A stretch of DNA of 32,074 bases from positions 1 through 32,074 of the forward strand of contig JBOICJ010000063.1 of the NCBI GenBank assembly GCA_050740035.1, given 5' to 3'. This document shows positions 8,862 to 18,278 of this stretch, in pieces; the first letter of the stretch is position 1, and each line of letters starts with the position of its first letter. This DNA is from Stenotrophobium sp. Its GTDB lineage: Bacteria > Pseudomonadota > Gammaproteobacteria > Nevskiales > Nevskiaceae. Position numbers and translations under genes: made by a program. A model generated the notes under the pieces. That model did no database searches and had not been told where the DNA came from. It saw only the letters and a list, made by a program, of their open reading frames with translations.

Positions 8862-10892
8862 TCAGGCCGCTTTCTCGCGCGCACTGATGCGCACGAGATC
8901 GCCGACATCGAGGATCAGCGCCACCCGGCCATCGCCGAGGATGGTGGCGCCGGAGATGCCGGAGATCCGGCGGTAATTGCTTTCAAGACTCTTGATCACG
9001 ACCTGCTGCTGGCCGACCAGCTCATCGACCATCAAGGCGACCTTGCGGCCTTCGGATTCGATCAGCACCAAAATGCCCTTGTGCGGCTCGGTGATGCCGA
9101 CACCGAGATGGAACACCTCGCGCAACGGCACCAGCGGCAGTATCTCGCCGCGCACGCGCACCACGCGTCCCTGACCGGCGATGCTCTTGATATCTTCGGG
9201 CTTGGGTTGCAGCGATTCGGCCACCGCGTTGAGCGGCACGATGAAGATTTCGTCGCCAACCGCCATCGACATGCCGTCGAGGATCGCCAGCGTCAGCGGC
9301 AGACGGATGGAGATTTTCGTGCCCTGTCCGAGCCGCGAGGTGATTTCGATCTGGCCGCCCAGCGCCTGAATGTTTTTCTTGACCACGTCCATGCCGACGC
9401 CGCGACCGGAAACATCGGTCACCTGTTCGGCGGTGGAAAAGCCGGGCGCGAAAATCAGCGCCCAGACTTCGCTGTCGCTGGCGTTGTCGCCGATCGCGAT
9501 GTCGCGTTCCTTGGCCTTGGCCAGAATCCGGTCGCGGTCGAGGCCATGGCCATCGTCGGAGACTTCGATCACGATGCTGCCGCCCTGATGCGCGGCCTTC
9601 AGCGTGATCGTACCGATTTCGTCCTTGCCTGCGGCGACGCGCGCGGCCGGCATCTCGATGCCGTGGTCCAGGGAATTCCTGACCAGATGCGTCAGCGGAT
9701 CGGCAATCTTCTCGATCACGCTCTTGTCCAGTTCGGTGCTCTCGCCGACCGTGACCAGACGCGCCTGTTTAACGAGCTTGGCCGCCAGATCGTGCACCAT
9801 CCGCGGGAAGCGGCTGAATACGAAATCCATCGGCAGCATGCGGATCGACATCACCGCTTCTTGCAGGCTGCGGGTGTTGCGATCCAGTTGCGACAGGCCG
9901 GTGAGCAGCTTTTCGTTGAGCACCGGGTCCAGCGCCGAAGCTTGTTGCGTCAGCATCGCCTGGGTAATCACCAGTTCGCCGACCAGATTGATCAGGCTGT
10001 CGATTTTTTCGGTGCCGACGCGCAGCGAGCCGCCGTCGCTACCGGTCTTGTGGGTCTCGACCTTGTCGCGTCCGCCCTTGATGACTTTGAGTTCCGCCGC
10101 GCGTGGCGCGGTTGCGGGAGTGTTTGCGACTGCCACGGATGCGGCCGGTTGTTCTGCCACCAGCGCTTCGATCTGCAATTCGCATTCGTCTTCGACCCAC
10201 GCGAAGACCTCGCGCAGCGAGGCCATCGAACAGCTCGACTGCAACACCAGATTCCACGACAGGTAGCAGTCCTCGGCCTCGGCGTCGGCCAGACTCGGCA
10301 GCACCGCCTCGTTAATCTCGGCCTGCAAGGTTCCGAGTTCTCCGAGCTCGCGCAGGATGCGCAGCGGGTCGTTGCCGCTGCGGAATAATTCGGGCTTCGG
10401 AATAAATTTGATGCGCCATCCGCTCTCGGCGGGTGCTGTCGGCGCGCTGACCGCAGCTACGGCAGGCGCTGCCAACTGGGATTGATTGTGGGCTGTGTCA
10501 TCGCTGGCGGACAACGCCGCCTCCAGCTCGCTGCGCACCGCGGCCACGGCCGCGTCATCGGCGGGCTTGCCGCTACTGGCGGCGGCGAGCAGGCTGCGCA
10601 CGATATCCACCGAGCGCAGCAGCACATCGACATCTGGCTGCGTCACCTCGCTCTGGCTGGAACGCATCTGATCGAGCAGCGTTTCCAGCAGGTGGGTGAA
10701 GCCGGCGACTTCGGCGAATCCGAACGTCGCGGCACCACCCTTGATCGAGTGCGCCGCACGGAAAATAGTATTGATGATCTCGGCGTCGGTATTGCCGACA
10801 TCGAGCTTGAGCAGCGCCGACTCCATGACATCGAGGCCTTCGGCGCTTTCGTCGAAGAAGGTCTGATGAAAGCGGGTGATGTCGATTTCCAT
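8862..10892 (-). CDS. cheA: Chemotaxis histidine kinase CheA (F7-like, with P2 domain)
   Basis: HPt [11 protein letters not shown]2-like [22 protein letters not shown]; dimerisation [44 protein letters not shown]-terminal CheW-like domain. Confidence 0.97.
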   Translation of the reverse strand: MEIDITRFHQTFFDESAEGLDVMESALLKLDVGNTDAEIINTIFRAAHSIKGGAATFGFAEVAGFTHLLETLLDQMRSSQSEVTQPDVDVLLRSVDIVRSLLAAASSGKPADDAAVAAVRSELEAALSASDDTAHNQSQLAAPAVAAVSAPTAPAESGWRIKFIPKPELFRSGNDPLRILRELGELGTLQAEINEAVLPSLADAEAEDCYLSWNLVLQSSCSMASLREVFAWVEDECELQIEALVAEQPAASVAVANTPATAPRAAELKVIKGGRDKVETHKTGSDGGSLRVGTEKIDSLINLVGELVITQAMLTQQASALDPVLNEKLLTGLSQLDRNTRSLQEAVMSIRMLPMDFVFSRFPRMVHDLAAKLVKQARLVTVGESTELDKSVIEKIADPLTHLVRNSLDHGIEMPAARVAAGKDEIGTITLKAAHQGGSIVIEVSDDGHGLDRDRILAKAKERDIAIGDNASDSEVWALIFAPGFSTAEQVTDVSGRGVGMDVVKKNIQALGGQIEITSRLGQGTKISIRLPLTLAILDGMSMAVGDEIFIVPLNAVAESLQPKPEDIKSIAGQGRVVRVRGEILPLVPLREVFHLGVGITEPHKGILVLIESEGRKVALMVDELVGQQQVVIKSLESNYRRISGISGATILGDGRVALILDVGDLVRISAREKAA

Positions 10893-10898
10893 GGGCGT

Positions 10899-11261
10899 TC
10901 AGCCGACCACGCGCTTGATGGTGGCGATCAGCGTTTCCGGGTTGAACGGCTTGACCAGCCAGCCGGTGGCGCCCGCAGCTTTGCCTTCCTGCTTTTTCTC
11001 CGGCGTGGTTTCGGTGGTCAGCATCAGCACCGGCGTGAACTTGTAATCCGGCAGCGTGCGCAAGTTCTTGACCAGCGTGATGCCGTCCATGTTCGGCATG
11101 TTGACGTCGGCCAGAACCAGAGTGAATTTTTCCTTGCGCGCAAGATTGAGTGCGACGGCACCGTCTTCGGCTTCGGCGACATCAAAGCCGGCCGCCTTGA
11201 GGGTGAACGTCACCATCTGGCGCATCGATGTGGAATCGTCCACGGCGAGTATGCGTGGCAT
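10899..11261 (-). CDS. cheY: Single-domain response regulator CheY (second system)
   Basis: ILAVDDS.SMRQMV, LADVNMPNMDG, MLTTE, GWLVKPF; directly upstream of cheA. Confidence 0.93.
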   Translation of the reverse strand: MPRILAVDDSTSMRQMVTFTLKAAGFDVAEAEDGAVALNLARKEKFTLVLADVNMPNMDGITLVKNLRTLPDYKFTPVLMLTTETTPEKKQEGKAAGATGWLVKPFNPETLIATIKRVVG

Positions 11262-11617
11262 TAAACCGGCTCCTGTCCAAGGCTGAGCAGCGTGGTCGCG
11301 CCGAGCAGCGCTGCAGCGCTGCGCAGGACTGCCGACGGTTGCGAGAATCGGGTGTCATGTCCGCTGGCGCGACGGTCGCGACAGAACAGGCAGAACACTT
11401 GCAGTGCGGCGGTGTGGATCTGCCGGATATCGGACGCGTCGAGCGTCACCGGCTTGGCGCTGCCGATGTGTTTCAGCAGGGTCTTGCGCAATTCCACGGC
11501 CTGCTCGACGCCCAGCTCAGCGGGCAGCGAAACGGCGGGGGATGAACGGCGCTTTTTGGCGGGACTGGTGGCACGCGGAAATCCGGTGACGCCCTGGGGT
11601 TTCGATGTCTGGTTCAT
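11261..11617 (-). CDS. STAS-domain (anti-sigma-factor antagonist-like) protein
   Basis: LPAELGVEQAVEL...VTLDASDIRQIHTAALQVF...PSAVLRSAAALLG, typical of STAS proteins that precede cheY-cheA. GAGGT RBS 7 nt before ATG 11617; stop overlaps the cheY ATG. Confidence 0.85.
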   Translation of the reverse strand: MNQTSKPQGVTGFPRATSPAKKRRSSPAVSLPAELGVEQAVELRKTLLKHIGSAKPVTLDASDIRQIHTAALQVFCLFCRDRRASGHDTRFSQPSAVLRSAAALLGATTLLSLGQEPV

Positions 11618-11700
11618 GGCCTGCACCTCGTCTGCGACAGCGTGATGGTGTGCAGCGACGCAGACCTCATCGGTCTGTGCGCTGTCTCATCAGGACAAAG

Positions 11701-11715
11701 GCAACATCCATTCCA
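11701..11715 (-). promoter_or_regulatory. Putative sigma54 promoter of the STAS-cheY-cheA-... operon
   Basis: Minus strand TGGAAT-GGATG-TTGC gives GG-N10-GC, about 85 nt upstream of the STAS ATG. Abutted by GACGCTATTTGAC (11716-11728). Confidence 0.6.
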
Positions 11716-11791
11716 GACGCTATTTGACGGTTATTTGGCAGTGTCCGGCTGGGGACGTCAGCCGCGAGGGGTGGCAGGGGATTTACGGCTT

Positions 11792-12010
11792 ACACAGCAG
11801 TCAGGAATTCAGGTAACAACATTTGTGTGGGCTGCGAGGCCCTCACCCCTGCCCCGCCCCTCTCCCAAAGGGAGAGGGGATTTTCTCCCTTCCCCCGATG
11901 GGGGAGTGCGAGCACTGCTCGCACGCGCGGCCGGATGAGGGCGCTTTTGAGGGCAACAGTGTAGATGCGAATTGAAAAATTTATGTCGCCAATATTCCTG
12001 ACTACTGAGT
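11792..12010. repeat. Nested inverted-repeat element (MITE/REPIN-like) containing a BoxC-like palindrome cluster
   Basis: Outer IR 11792-11818 vs 11984-12010 (outermost 15 of 17 positions pair; 20 of 27 overall). Inner IR GCCCTCA (11839-11845) / TGAGGGC (11936-11942). Hairpins at 11857-11879, 11891-11905 and 11906-11924. Confidence 0.65.
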
Positions 12011-12051
12011 CATTCTCACCGCTCCTGCCGCATGCGGGATGGGCTTGCGGC

Positions 12052-14247
12052 TTATGCGCCGTGAGCGCTCGCCGGTTTACGCCGGTCCAGCCGCTCGATC
12101 ACCGCCGGCAGGTCTTTGGCGGGAACCGCCTTGCTGTAGTAAAAGCCTTGTACCTCGTCGCAGTCGCGGCTGCGCAGATAGTTGAGCTGCTCTTCGGTCT
12201 CGACGCCTTCGGCGACGACGCCGATCTGGAGGCTGCGCGCCATCGCGATGACGGCGATGATGATCGCGGCGTCGGCGGCGTCGGTCGCCAGATCGCGCAC
12301 GAACGAGCGGTCGATCTTGATCTTGTCGATGGGAAAACGGGTGATATAGGACAGGCTCGAATAGCCGGTGCCGAAATCGTCGATGACGATGCTGACGCCG
12401 AGGTTGCGGATCTGCGCCAGCATGCCGGCGCTTTCCTCGGGGCTGCGCATCAGCAAGCCTTCGGTGATTTCCAGCGCCAGACAGGACGGCTGCAAGCCGG
12501 ACTTGCGCAGCACGCGCTCGATCACGTCGAGCCAATCCTTCTGCTGGAACTGGCGCGGCGAGACGTTGACCGCCATCACCAGCGGCCGGCCGATTTTTTT
12601 CTGCAAGACGACGCACTGTTCGCAGGCGGTCTCCAGTACCCACTCGCCGATCGGCAGGATCAGTCCGGTTTCCTCGGCCAGCGCGATGAAACGATCCGGC
12701 ATGATGTCGCCGTAGCGCGGGTGCTTCCAGCGGATCAACGCCTCCATGCCGATGACGCGGCCGTTGCCCAGCGCCACTTCCGGCTGGTAGTGCAGCTCGA
12801 ACTCGTTGCGCTCCAGCGCAAATCGCAGCGCCGTGGTCAGCGCCAGTTTTTCCTCGGTGGCTTCGAGCATGGTCGGCAGAAACCACTGCATGCTGCTGCG
12901 GCCGTGACCCTTGACGTAATACATCGCCATGTCGGCGTTCTTGATCAGGGCGTGCACGTCGGTGCCGTCTTCGGGAAAGATGCTGCCGCCGATGCTCGGC
13001 GTGACCAGTAATTCCTGGTGGTTGATCAGGATCGGCGCTGAGATGCGTTCGACGATCTTGCGGATCAGGATATCCAGCTCATCGCGGTCGCGAACGTCGG
13101 TGGCCAGCACCACGAACTCGTCGCCGCCGAGCCGCGCCACGGTATCGACTTCGCGCAGGCATTCGCTGATGCGATGCGCGACCGCGATCAACAACTGGTC
13201 GCCGACCTGATGACCGAGCGAGTCGTTGACGCGCTTGAAGTGATCCAGATCCATCATCAGCACGCCGACGTGGCGGTTGTTGCGGCGCGCCTGGCGGATC
13301 GCCATGTCGAGACGGTCCAGCAGCAGCGTGCGGTTCGGCAGACCGGTCAGACCATCGTGATGCGCCATGTGGCGGATGTAGGCTTCGGCGCGCTTGCTCT
13401 CGGTAATGTCGTAGGCGACCTTGAGATAGCCGGTGATTTCGCCGGCGTGGTCGGTCAGCCTCGATACCGACAGCTTGACCGGCACCGTGGTGCGATCCTT
13501 GCGGATATAAGTCCATTCGCGTTCTTCGGACAGCCCCATGCCCGGCTTGACCGTCAACACTCTGTAGTCGGCGGGCACTTTCTGCCCCAGCTCCATCGAA
13601 AGTTCGGAGGCGCGATGCGCGACTTCGTGCGGGTCGTGAATCAATTCCAGCACGTTCTTGTTCAACATTTCGCGCGCGCTGTAGCCCAGCAACCGCTCGG
13701 CGGCCGGGTTGACCGTCAGCACCCGACCGTCGAGGTCGGTGGCGATCATGCTATACGGCAGGTTATCGAGAATGTTTTTCCTGAGCTTCTCGACCTCGGC
13801 GGTGCGCGACAGTTCTTCCATGCGTTTGCGCGCGGTGATGTCGATGATCGACGCCAGCACAAACAGATCCTTGCCCATATGCAGTGGGTTGAGGCCGATC
13901 TCGATCGGCACTTCGCTGCCGTCCTTGCGCAAGCCGAACAAGTCGCGGCCGGCGCCCATCGAACGTGTTTCCGGGTGGCGGCTGAAACCGGTCCGCAAGG
14001 AATCGTGGTCGTTGCGGAATTTTTTTGGCACCAGCATTTCGATGGTGTTGCCGAGCAGTTCGGTGCGACTGTAGCCAAACAGCTTCTCGGCCTGGGAGTT
14101 GACCAGCGCGATCAGCCCCGCCGCATCGACCATGACCATGGCATTGGGTGCCGCTTCGATCACCAGCCCCAGACGATCTTCGCCCAGCGGCGGCAGCACG
14201 GCGTTTTTGGATGCAGCCTTTGACGCTGTCACGGATTCCTTCACCAT
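12052..14247 (-). CDS. PAS-PAS-GGDEF-EAL protein (diguanylate cyclase/phosphodiesterase)
   Basis: PAS1 is FixL-like (MLVP..FRNDH...RSMGAGRDLFGLRKDG), followed by PAS2. HDGLTGLPNR, DLDHFKRVND, I-site REVD, RLGGDEF. EAL motifs MEALIRW, LEITE, DDFGTGYSSL, KIDRSF, AEGVET, VQG. GAGGT RBS before ATG 14247. Confidence 0.95.
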   Translation of the reverse strand: MVKESVTASKAASKNAVLPPLGEDRLGLVIEAAPNAMVMVDAAGLIALVNSQAEKLFGYSRTELLGNTIEMLVPKKFRNDHDSLRTGFSRHPETRSMGAGRDLFGLRKDGSEVPIEIGLNPLHMGKDLFVLASIIDITARKRMEELSRTAEVEKLRKNILDNLPYSMIATDLDGRVLTVNPAAERLLGYSAREMLNKNVLELIHDPHEVAHRASELSMELGQKVPADYRVLTVKPGMGLSEEREWTYIRKDRTTVPVKLSVSRLTDHAGEITGYLKVAYDITESKRAEAYIRHMAHHDGLTGLPNRTLLLDRLDMAIRQARRNNRHVGVLMMDLDHFKRVNDSLGHQVGDQLLIAVAHRISECLREVDTVARLGGDEFVVLATDVRDRDELDILIRKIVERISAPILINHQELLVTPSIGGSIFPEDGTDVHALIKNADMAMYYVKGHGRSSMQWFLPTMLEATEEKLALTTALRFALERNEFELHYQPEVALGNGRVIGMEALIRWKHPRYGDIMPDRFIALAEETGLILPIGEWVLETACEQCVVLQKKIGRPLVMAVNVSPRQFQQKDWLDVIERVLRKSGLQPSCLALEITEGLLMRSPEESAGMLAQIRNLGVSIVIDDFGTGYSSLSYITRFPIDKIKIDRSFVRDLATDAADAAIIIAVIAMARSLQIGVVAEGVETEEQLNYLRSRDCDEVQGFYYSKAVPAKDLPAVIERLDRRKPASAHGA

Positions 14248-14340
14248 CTTTCTACCTCGCAGGCTGCACAGCAATCACTCGATTTTGCAGCAGATATTGC
14301 CTGCTCTGCACGGTCGCAGCAAATTGCGGCCGGCCATGCC

Positions 14341-14817
14341 TTATGCGCCATCCAGCAGCGCCGCCGGGTCGATCAAGGTCAGCAATCGGCCCTGGCGGCT
14401 GACGATGCCGGTCACCGCGCTCTGGCTGGCCGCGACATGGGTGGCCGGTGGTGGCTTGATTGACTGTGCAGCCAGATTCAGCACCTCGGCGACGTGATCG
14501 ACGCGTAAGCCGACCGGCTGCCCGCCATGCGTGACGATGATGATGCAGGCGCTGTCGGCGACCACCGGCAGGCCGAGTTTCTGGCGCAGATCGACCACCG
14601 TGACGATGCTGCCGCGCAGGTTGATGACGCCGAGCACCGCTGGCGGTGCGCCGGGGACCGGCTCGATCGTGGCAGCGGCCAGCACCTCCATCACATTGAG
14701 GATGGCGATGCCGTAGGGCTGGCCGGCCAGGTCGAAGCTGACCCAGCGCGTCAGCACATCGCCACCGCGGTGCGCACCGGCGATGCTGCGTGCGGCGGGT
14801 GCCGGTTCAGCGCTCAT
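14341..14817 (-). CDS. cheW: CheW (flagellar/F6-like system)
   Basis: WVSFDLAGQPYGIAILNVMEV...PVPGAPPAVLGVINLRGSIVTVVDLR...VDHVAEV. ATGA overlap with the motB-family stop. Confidence 0.9.
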   Translation of the reverse strand: MSAEPAPAARSIAGAHRGGDVLTRWVSFDLAGQPYGIAILNVMEVLAAATIEPVPGAPPAVLGVINLRGSIVTVVDLRQKLGLPVVADSACIIIVTHGGQPVGLRVDHVAEVLNLAAQSIKPPPATHVAASQSAVTGIVSRQGRLLTLIDPAALLDGA

Positions 14818-15713
14818 GGCGCGGCCACCGCTGCCGGATCGGGGTCGTCGGTCTGCGCCTGTAATTGCCGCAGATGCGGGTCTTCCGGCAGCGCCAGCAC
14901 CACCAGCACGACGCGACGATTGCGGTTGCGGCCCTCGGCGGTATCGTTGCTATCCACCGGACGATATTCGCCAAAGCCCTCGACGCTCATGCGCTGCGGC
15001 GCCACCCCCGACTGCACGAACAGATACACCACGCTGGCTGCGCGTGCCGCCGACAGTTCCCAGTTCGACGGAAATGCGACGGTGCTGATCGGCTGATTGT
15101 CGGTATGTCCCTCAATGCGCAGCGAGTTCGGAAACGGCTTGATGATGCCGGCCAGCTGCTGCAACACCGGCACCGCCGTGCTTGAAATCGTGGCGACGCC
15201 ACTGGGAAACAGGATATCGGCCTTGATCTCGACTTCCAGCCAGTTTTTGCCGCGCCGGACCACGATCAGCCCCTTGTGGATCAGATCGGCCATCGATCGC
15301 TGCACTTCCTCGCTCATTTTCGTGAGGTTGGCCTGGCCGCCGGACAAACGACCGGCGTCATCGGCGCGGGCACCATGCGTCATCACGCGATTGATCCCCG
15401 CAGACATTTCGGGTCTGTGCACGAGCGCGCCGATCGACTGCGGCACCACCGGCGTCGGCAGCACGCTCATTTTTTGCGAATGATCCGCGCCGTGGCTGAT
15501 TTTCTCGCCGATCTGTATCGGCGAAATCGACTTGGGCGGCCCGCCGAAAGCTTCCGACAAGGACTCCGACAGCACGCGAAATTTGCCTTCATTGATCGAC
15601 GAGACTGCGTACATCACCACGAACAGCGCAAACATCAGCGTTACCAGATCGCCGTAGGGGATCGCCCAGGCCTCGTGGTTGGTGTGCTCATCGTGTCGAT
15701 TTTTGCGGGCCAT
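14814..15713 (-). CDS. motD: Flagellar stator protein, MotB family (MotD-type)
   Basis: TM WAIPYGDLVTLMFALFVVMY with the conserved Asp; OmpA-like PG-binding domain IEGHTDN, SNWELSAARA, RNRRV. Confidence 0.9.
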   Translation of the reverse strand: MARKNRHDEHTNHEAWAIPYGDLVTLMFALFVVMYAVSSINEGKFRVLSESLSEAFGGPPKSISPIQIGEKISHGADHSQKMSVLPTPVVPQSIGALVHRPEMSAGINRVMTHGARADDAGRLSGGQANLTKMSEEVQRSMADLIHKGLIVVRRGKNWLEVEIKADILFPSGVATISSTAVPVLQQLAGIIKPFPNSLRIEGHTDNQPISTVAFPSNWELSAARAASVVYLFVQSGVAPQRMSVEGFGEYRPVDSNDTAEGRNRNRRVVLVVLALPEDPHLRQLQAQTDDPDPAAVAAP

Positions 15714-15720
15714 GACGGAC

Positions 15721-16461
15721 TCAGTGCAGGAAGCCGGCCAGCTTGGCTTCGATGTTGCGGGGATTTTCGCCGCGAGAAATCGAGATCAATCCCTCGATAA
15801 TCATCTCGCGCGTGTGGGCCTGGCCGTTGACGATCGCCTTGAGCTTGGTCGCCATCGGCAGAAGAATCAGGTTGGCGCTGGCGATGCCATAGACTGTGGC
15901 CACGAATGCGGCGGCGATGCCTTCGCCGAGTTCGCTGGGGTTGGTCAGGTTTTTCATCACCGACATCAGCCCGAGCACCGCGCCGACGATGCCCATGGTC
16001 GGCGCATAGATGCCCATGCCCTCGAAGACCTTGGCGCCCTGCAGGTCGAAATGTTCCTTGGTCACCATATCCACTTCCATCACGGCACGGATCATGTCGG
16101 GCTCGGCGCCATCCACCAGCGCCTGCAAGCCTTGCTTGATGAACGGGTCGGTTTCCGACTCGACGCTCGCTTCCAGCGCCAGCAGTCCCTGTTTACGCGC
16201 CGCCGTGCTCCACTCGACGATGCGCGCGATCATCGCCTTGGCATCGTCCTGCGGCGGCCGGAACACCCAGAGTCCCATGTGCATCGCGTGCTTGAAGGTG
16301 ATGCTCGGCGTCTGCACCAGCGTCGCGCACAGCGTGCCGCAGATCACCACGATGAACGGCTCGGCACCGACCAGCGCGGCCGGGCCGATGCCCTTGATGA
16401 TGGTCGCCACGATCAGTACCGCGAACGCGCCGATGACTCCGATGATGCTGAACAGATCCAT
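15721..16461 (-). CDS. motC: Flagellar stator protein, MotA family (MotC-type)
   Basis: 246 aa; ARKQGLLALE, GLQALVDG, YAPTMGIVGAVLGL, AFVATVYG. Location after cheA matches motCD. Confidence 0.9.
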   Translation of the reverse strand: MDLFSIIGVIGAFAVLIVATIIKGIGPAALVGAEPFIVVICGTLCATLVQTPSITFKHAMHMGLWVFRPPQDDAKAMIARIVEWSTAARKQGLLALEASVESETDPFIKQGLQALVDGAEPDMIRAVMEVDMVTKEHFDLQGAKVFEGMGIYAPTMGIVGAVLGLMSVMKNLTNPSELGEGIAAAFVATVYGIASANLILLPMATKLKAIVNGQAHTREMIIEGLISISRGENPRNIEAKLAGFLH

Positions 16462-16473
16462 GTCGTGACCCCG

Positions 16474-18270
16474 TCAGCTCGAATGCCCGTGCGCCCGCAC
16501 CATGCTGGCACAGTCGAGAATCAGGGCGACGCGTCCGGCACCGGTGACGGTCGCGCCGGACAGTCCGCTGAGACCGCGCAGCATCGTACCCAGCGGCTTG
16601 ATTACCACTTCCTCGCGGCCGATCACCTGATCGACCACGAAGCCGAATTGTTCGTCGCCGATCCGGATCAGTGCGACGTGGCGCAGTTCGTCGTCCACCG
16701 GCGTCACGCCGGCCCAGCGGTCGAGATACACCAGCCGCACGATTTCCTTGCGCAGCAACACCACGTCCCAGGCGTCGAGCTTGCGAATCGCCGCGCCGTC
16801 GAGCACGGTGACATCGACCACCGACGCCAGCGGTAATGCGTAAACGCGATCGGCCACCGCCACCATCAGCGCCGGCAGGATCGCCAGCGTCAGCGGCACG
16901 CGGATCTCGACACGGCTGCCCTGCCCCAGCACCGAATCGACCTTGACCGAACCATTGAGCTGCGTGATCGCCGACTTGACCACGTCCATGCCGACACCGC
17001 GGCCCGACAGATCCGAAATTTGTTCCTTGGTGGAAAACCCGGGCATGAACACCAGCTGGAAGCACTCGCTATTGCTCAACCGTGCCGCCGCCGCTGCGTC
17101 CATCAAGCCTTTTTCGACAACCTTGTTGCGCAGACGCTCGGCGTCCATGCCGGCGCCGTCGTCGCTGACGGTGATGACGATATGGTCGCCCTGCTGACAG
17201 GCCGCGAGCACCACCTTGCCGGCGACGGGCTTGCCGCAGCGCTGACGCTGCTCGGGCATTTCGATGCCGTGATCGACTGCATTGCGCACCATGTGAATCA
17301 GCGGATCGCCCAGCGCTTCGACCAGATTCTTGTCGAGGTCGGTGTCTTCACCGATCAGCTCGACTTCGACCTGCTTGCCGAGCGAGCGCGCGACATCGCG
17401 CGCCACTTTTGGAAAGCGCGAGAACACCTTGCGGATCGGCAGCATGCGGATCTGCATCACTGCGTCCTGCAAGCTGCGCGTGATGAAATCGACCTGGCGG
17501 ATGGTCTTGGCCAGTTCTTCATCGACCGCCACCGCGGTCAGTGTCTTCAGGCGATTGCGCACCAGCACCATTTCGCCGACCAGATTCATCATGCGGTCCA
17601 GTCGCTGCGTATCGACGCGGATACTGGTGTCGGCAGGCGCTGCCGGTTTCGCCGGCACCGGCACCGGCGCAGCCGGCGCGGATGCCGCAACAGTCGGCGC
17701 AACGGCGGCAGGCTTTGCTTCAGCCGGCGGCTCGGGGGTCGTCGCGCCGGGGCCTTTGCCGGTGCCGTGCAGGCTATCGAGCAAGGCTTCAAATTCATCG
17801 TCGCTGATGGCATCGCCGGCCGACGTGGCGGGCGCCGCCACCGCTGCCGCGACTTTCACGACCTCGACCACTGGGGCGGGTTGCGCGCTGGCGAACGCAT
17901 GCAGCCGCTCAATCAACTCCGCCGGAGCTGCGGCGGTCACGGTGCCGGACGAGGCTTGCGCCATCATCGCCTGCACCTGATCGACCGCCTGCATCACTGC
18001 ATCCATCAAGGCGCCATCGAGTTTGATCTTGCCGTTGCGCAGGCCGTTGAAAACATCTTCGGCGGCGTGACACAGCGTCACCATGTTGGTGAACTGCAAG
18101 AATCCGGCGCCGCCCTTGACGGTGTGAAATGCGCGGAACACCGCATTCAGCAGCTGGCTGTCGTCGGGGCGCTGCTCCAGCTCGACCAACTGCTCGCCGA
18201 GCTTCTCGATCAGCTCGCCGGCTTCGACGATGAAATCGGAGAGAATTTCCTGGTCTATTTCAGTGGTCAT
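16474..18270 (-). CDS. cheA: Chemotaxis histidine kinase CheA (flagellar/F6-like, no recognisable P2 domain)
   Basis: FRAFHTVKGGAGF; Ala/Pro linker containing [49 protein letters not shown]. Alternative TTG start at 18282. Confidence 0.95.
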   Translation of the reverse strand: MTTEIDQEILSDFIVEAGELIEKLGEQLVELEQRPDDSQLLNAVFRAFHTVKGGAGFLQFTNMVTLCHAAEDVFNGLRNGKIKLDGALMDAVMQAVDQVQAMMAQASSGTVTAAAPAELIERLHAFASAQPAPVVEVVKVAAAVAAPATSAGDAISDDEFEALLDSLHGTGKGPGATTPEPPAEAKPAAVAPTVAASAPAAPVPVPAKPAAPADTSIRVDTQRLDRMMNLVGEMVLVRNRLKTLTAVAVDEELAKTIRQVDFITRSLQDAVMQIRMLPIRKVFSRFPKVARDVARSLGKQVEVELIGEDTDLDKNLVEALGDPLIHMVRNAVDHGIEMPEQRQRCGKPVAGKVVLAACQQGDHIVITVSDDGAGMDAERLRNKVVEKGLMDAAAAARLSNSECFQLVFMPGFSTKEQISDLSGRGVGMDVVKSAITQLNGSVKVDSVLGQGSRVEIRVPLTLAILPALMVAVADRVYALPLASVVDVTVLDGAAIRKLDAWDVVLLRKEIVRLVYLDRWAGVTPVDDELRHVALIRIGDEQFGFVVDQVIGREEVVIKPLGTMLRGLSGLSGATVTGAGRVALILDCASMVRAHGHSS

Positions 18271-18278
18271 GAGCGCGC

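Noticed and set aside
11627..12051. c-di-GMP riboswitch, CRISPR array or small ORF (11642-11938) in the large intergenic region
   Set aside because: No GEMM-type motif and no regularly spaced repeats. The ORF merely reads through the promoter and palindromic repeat.
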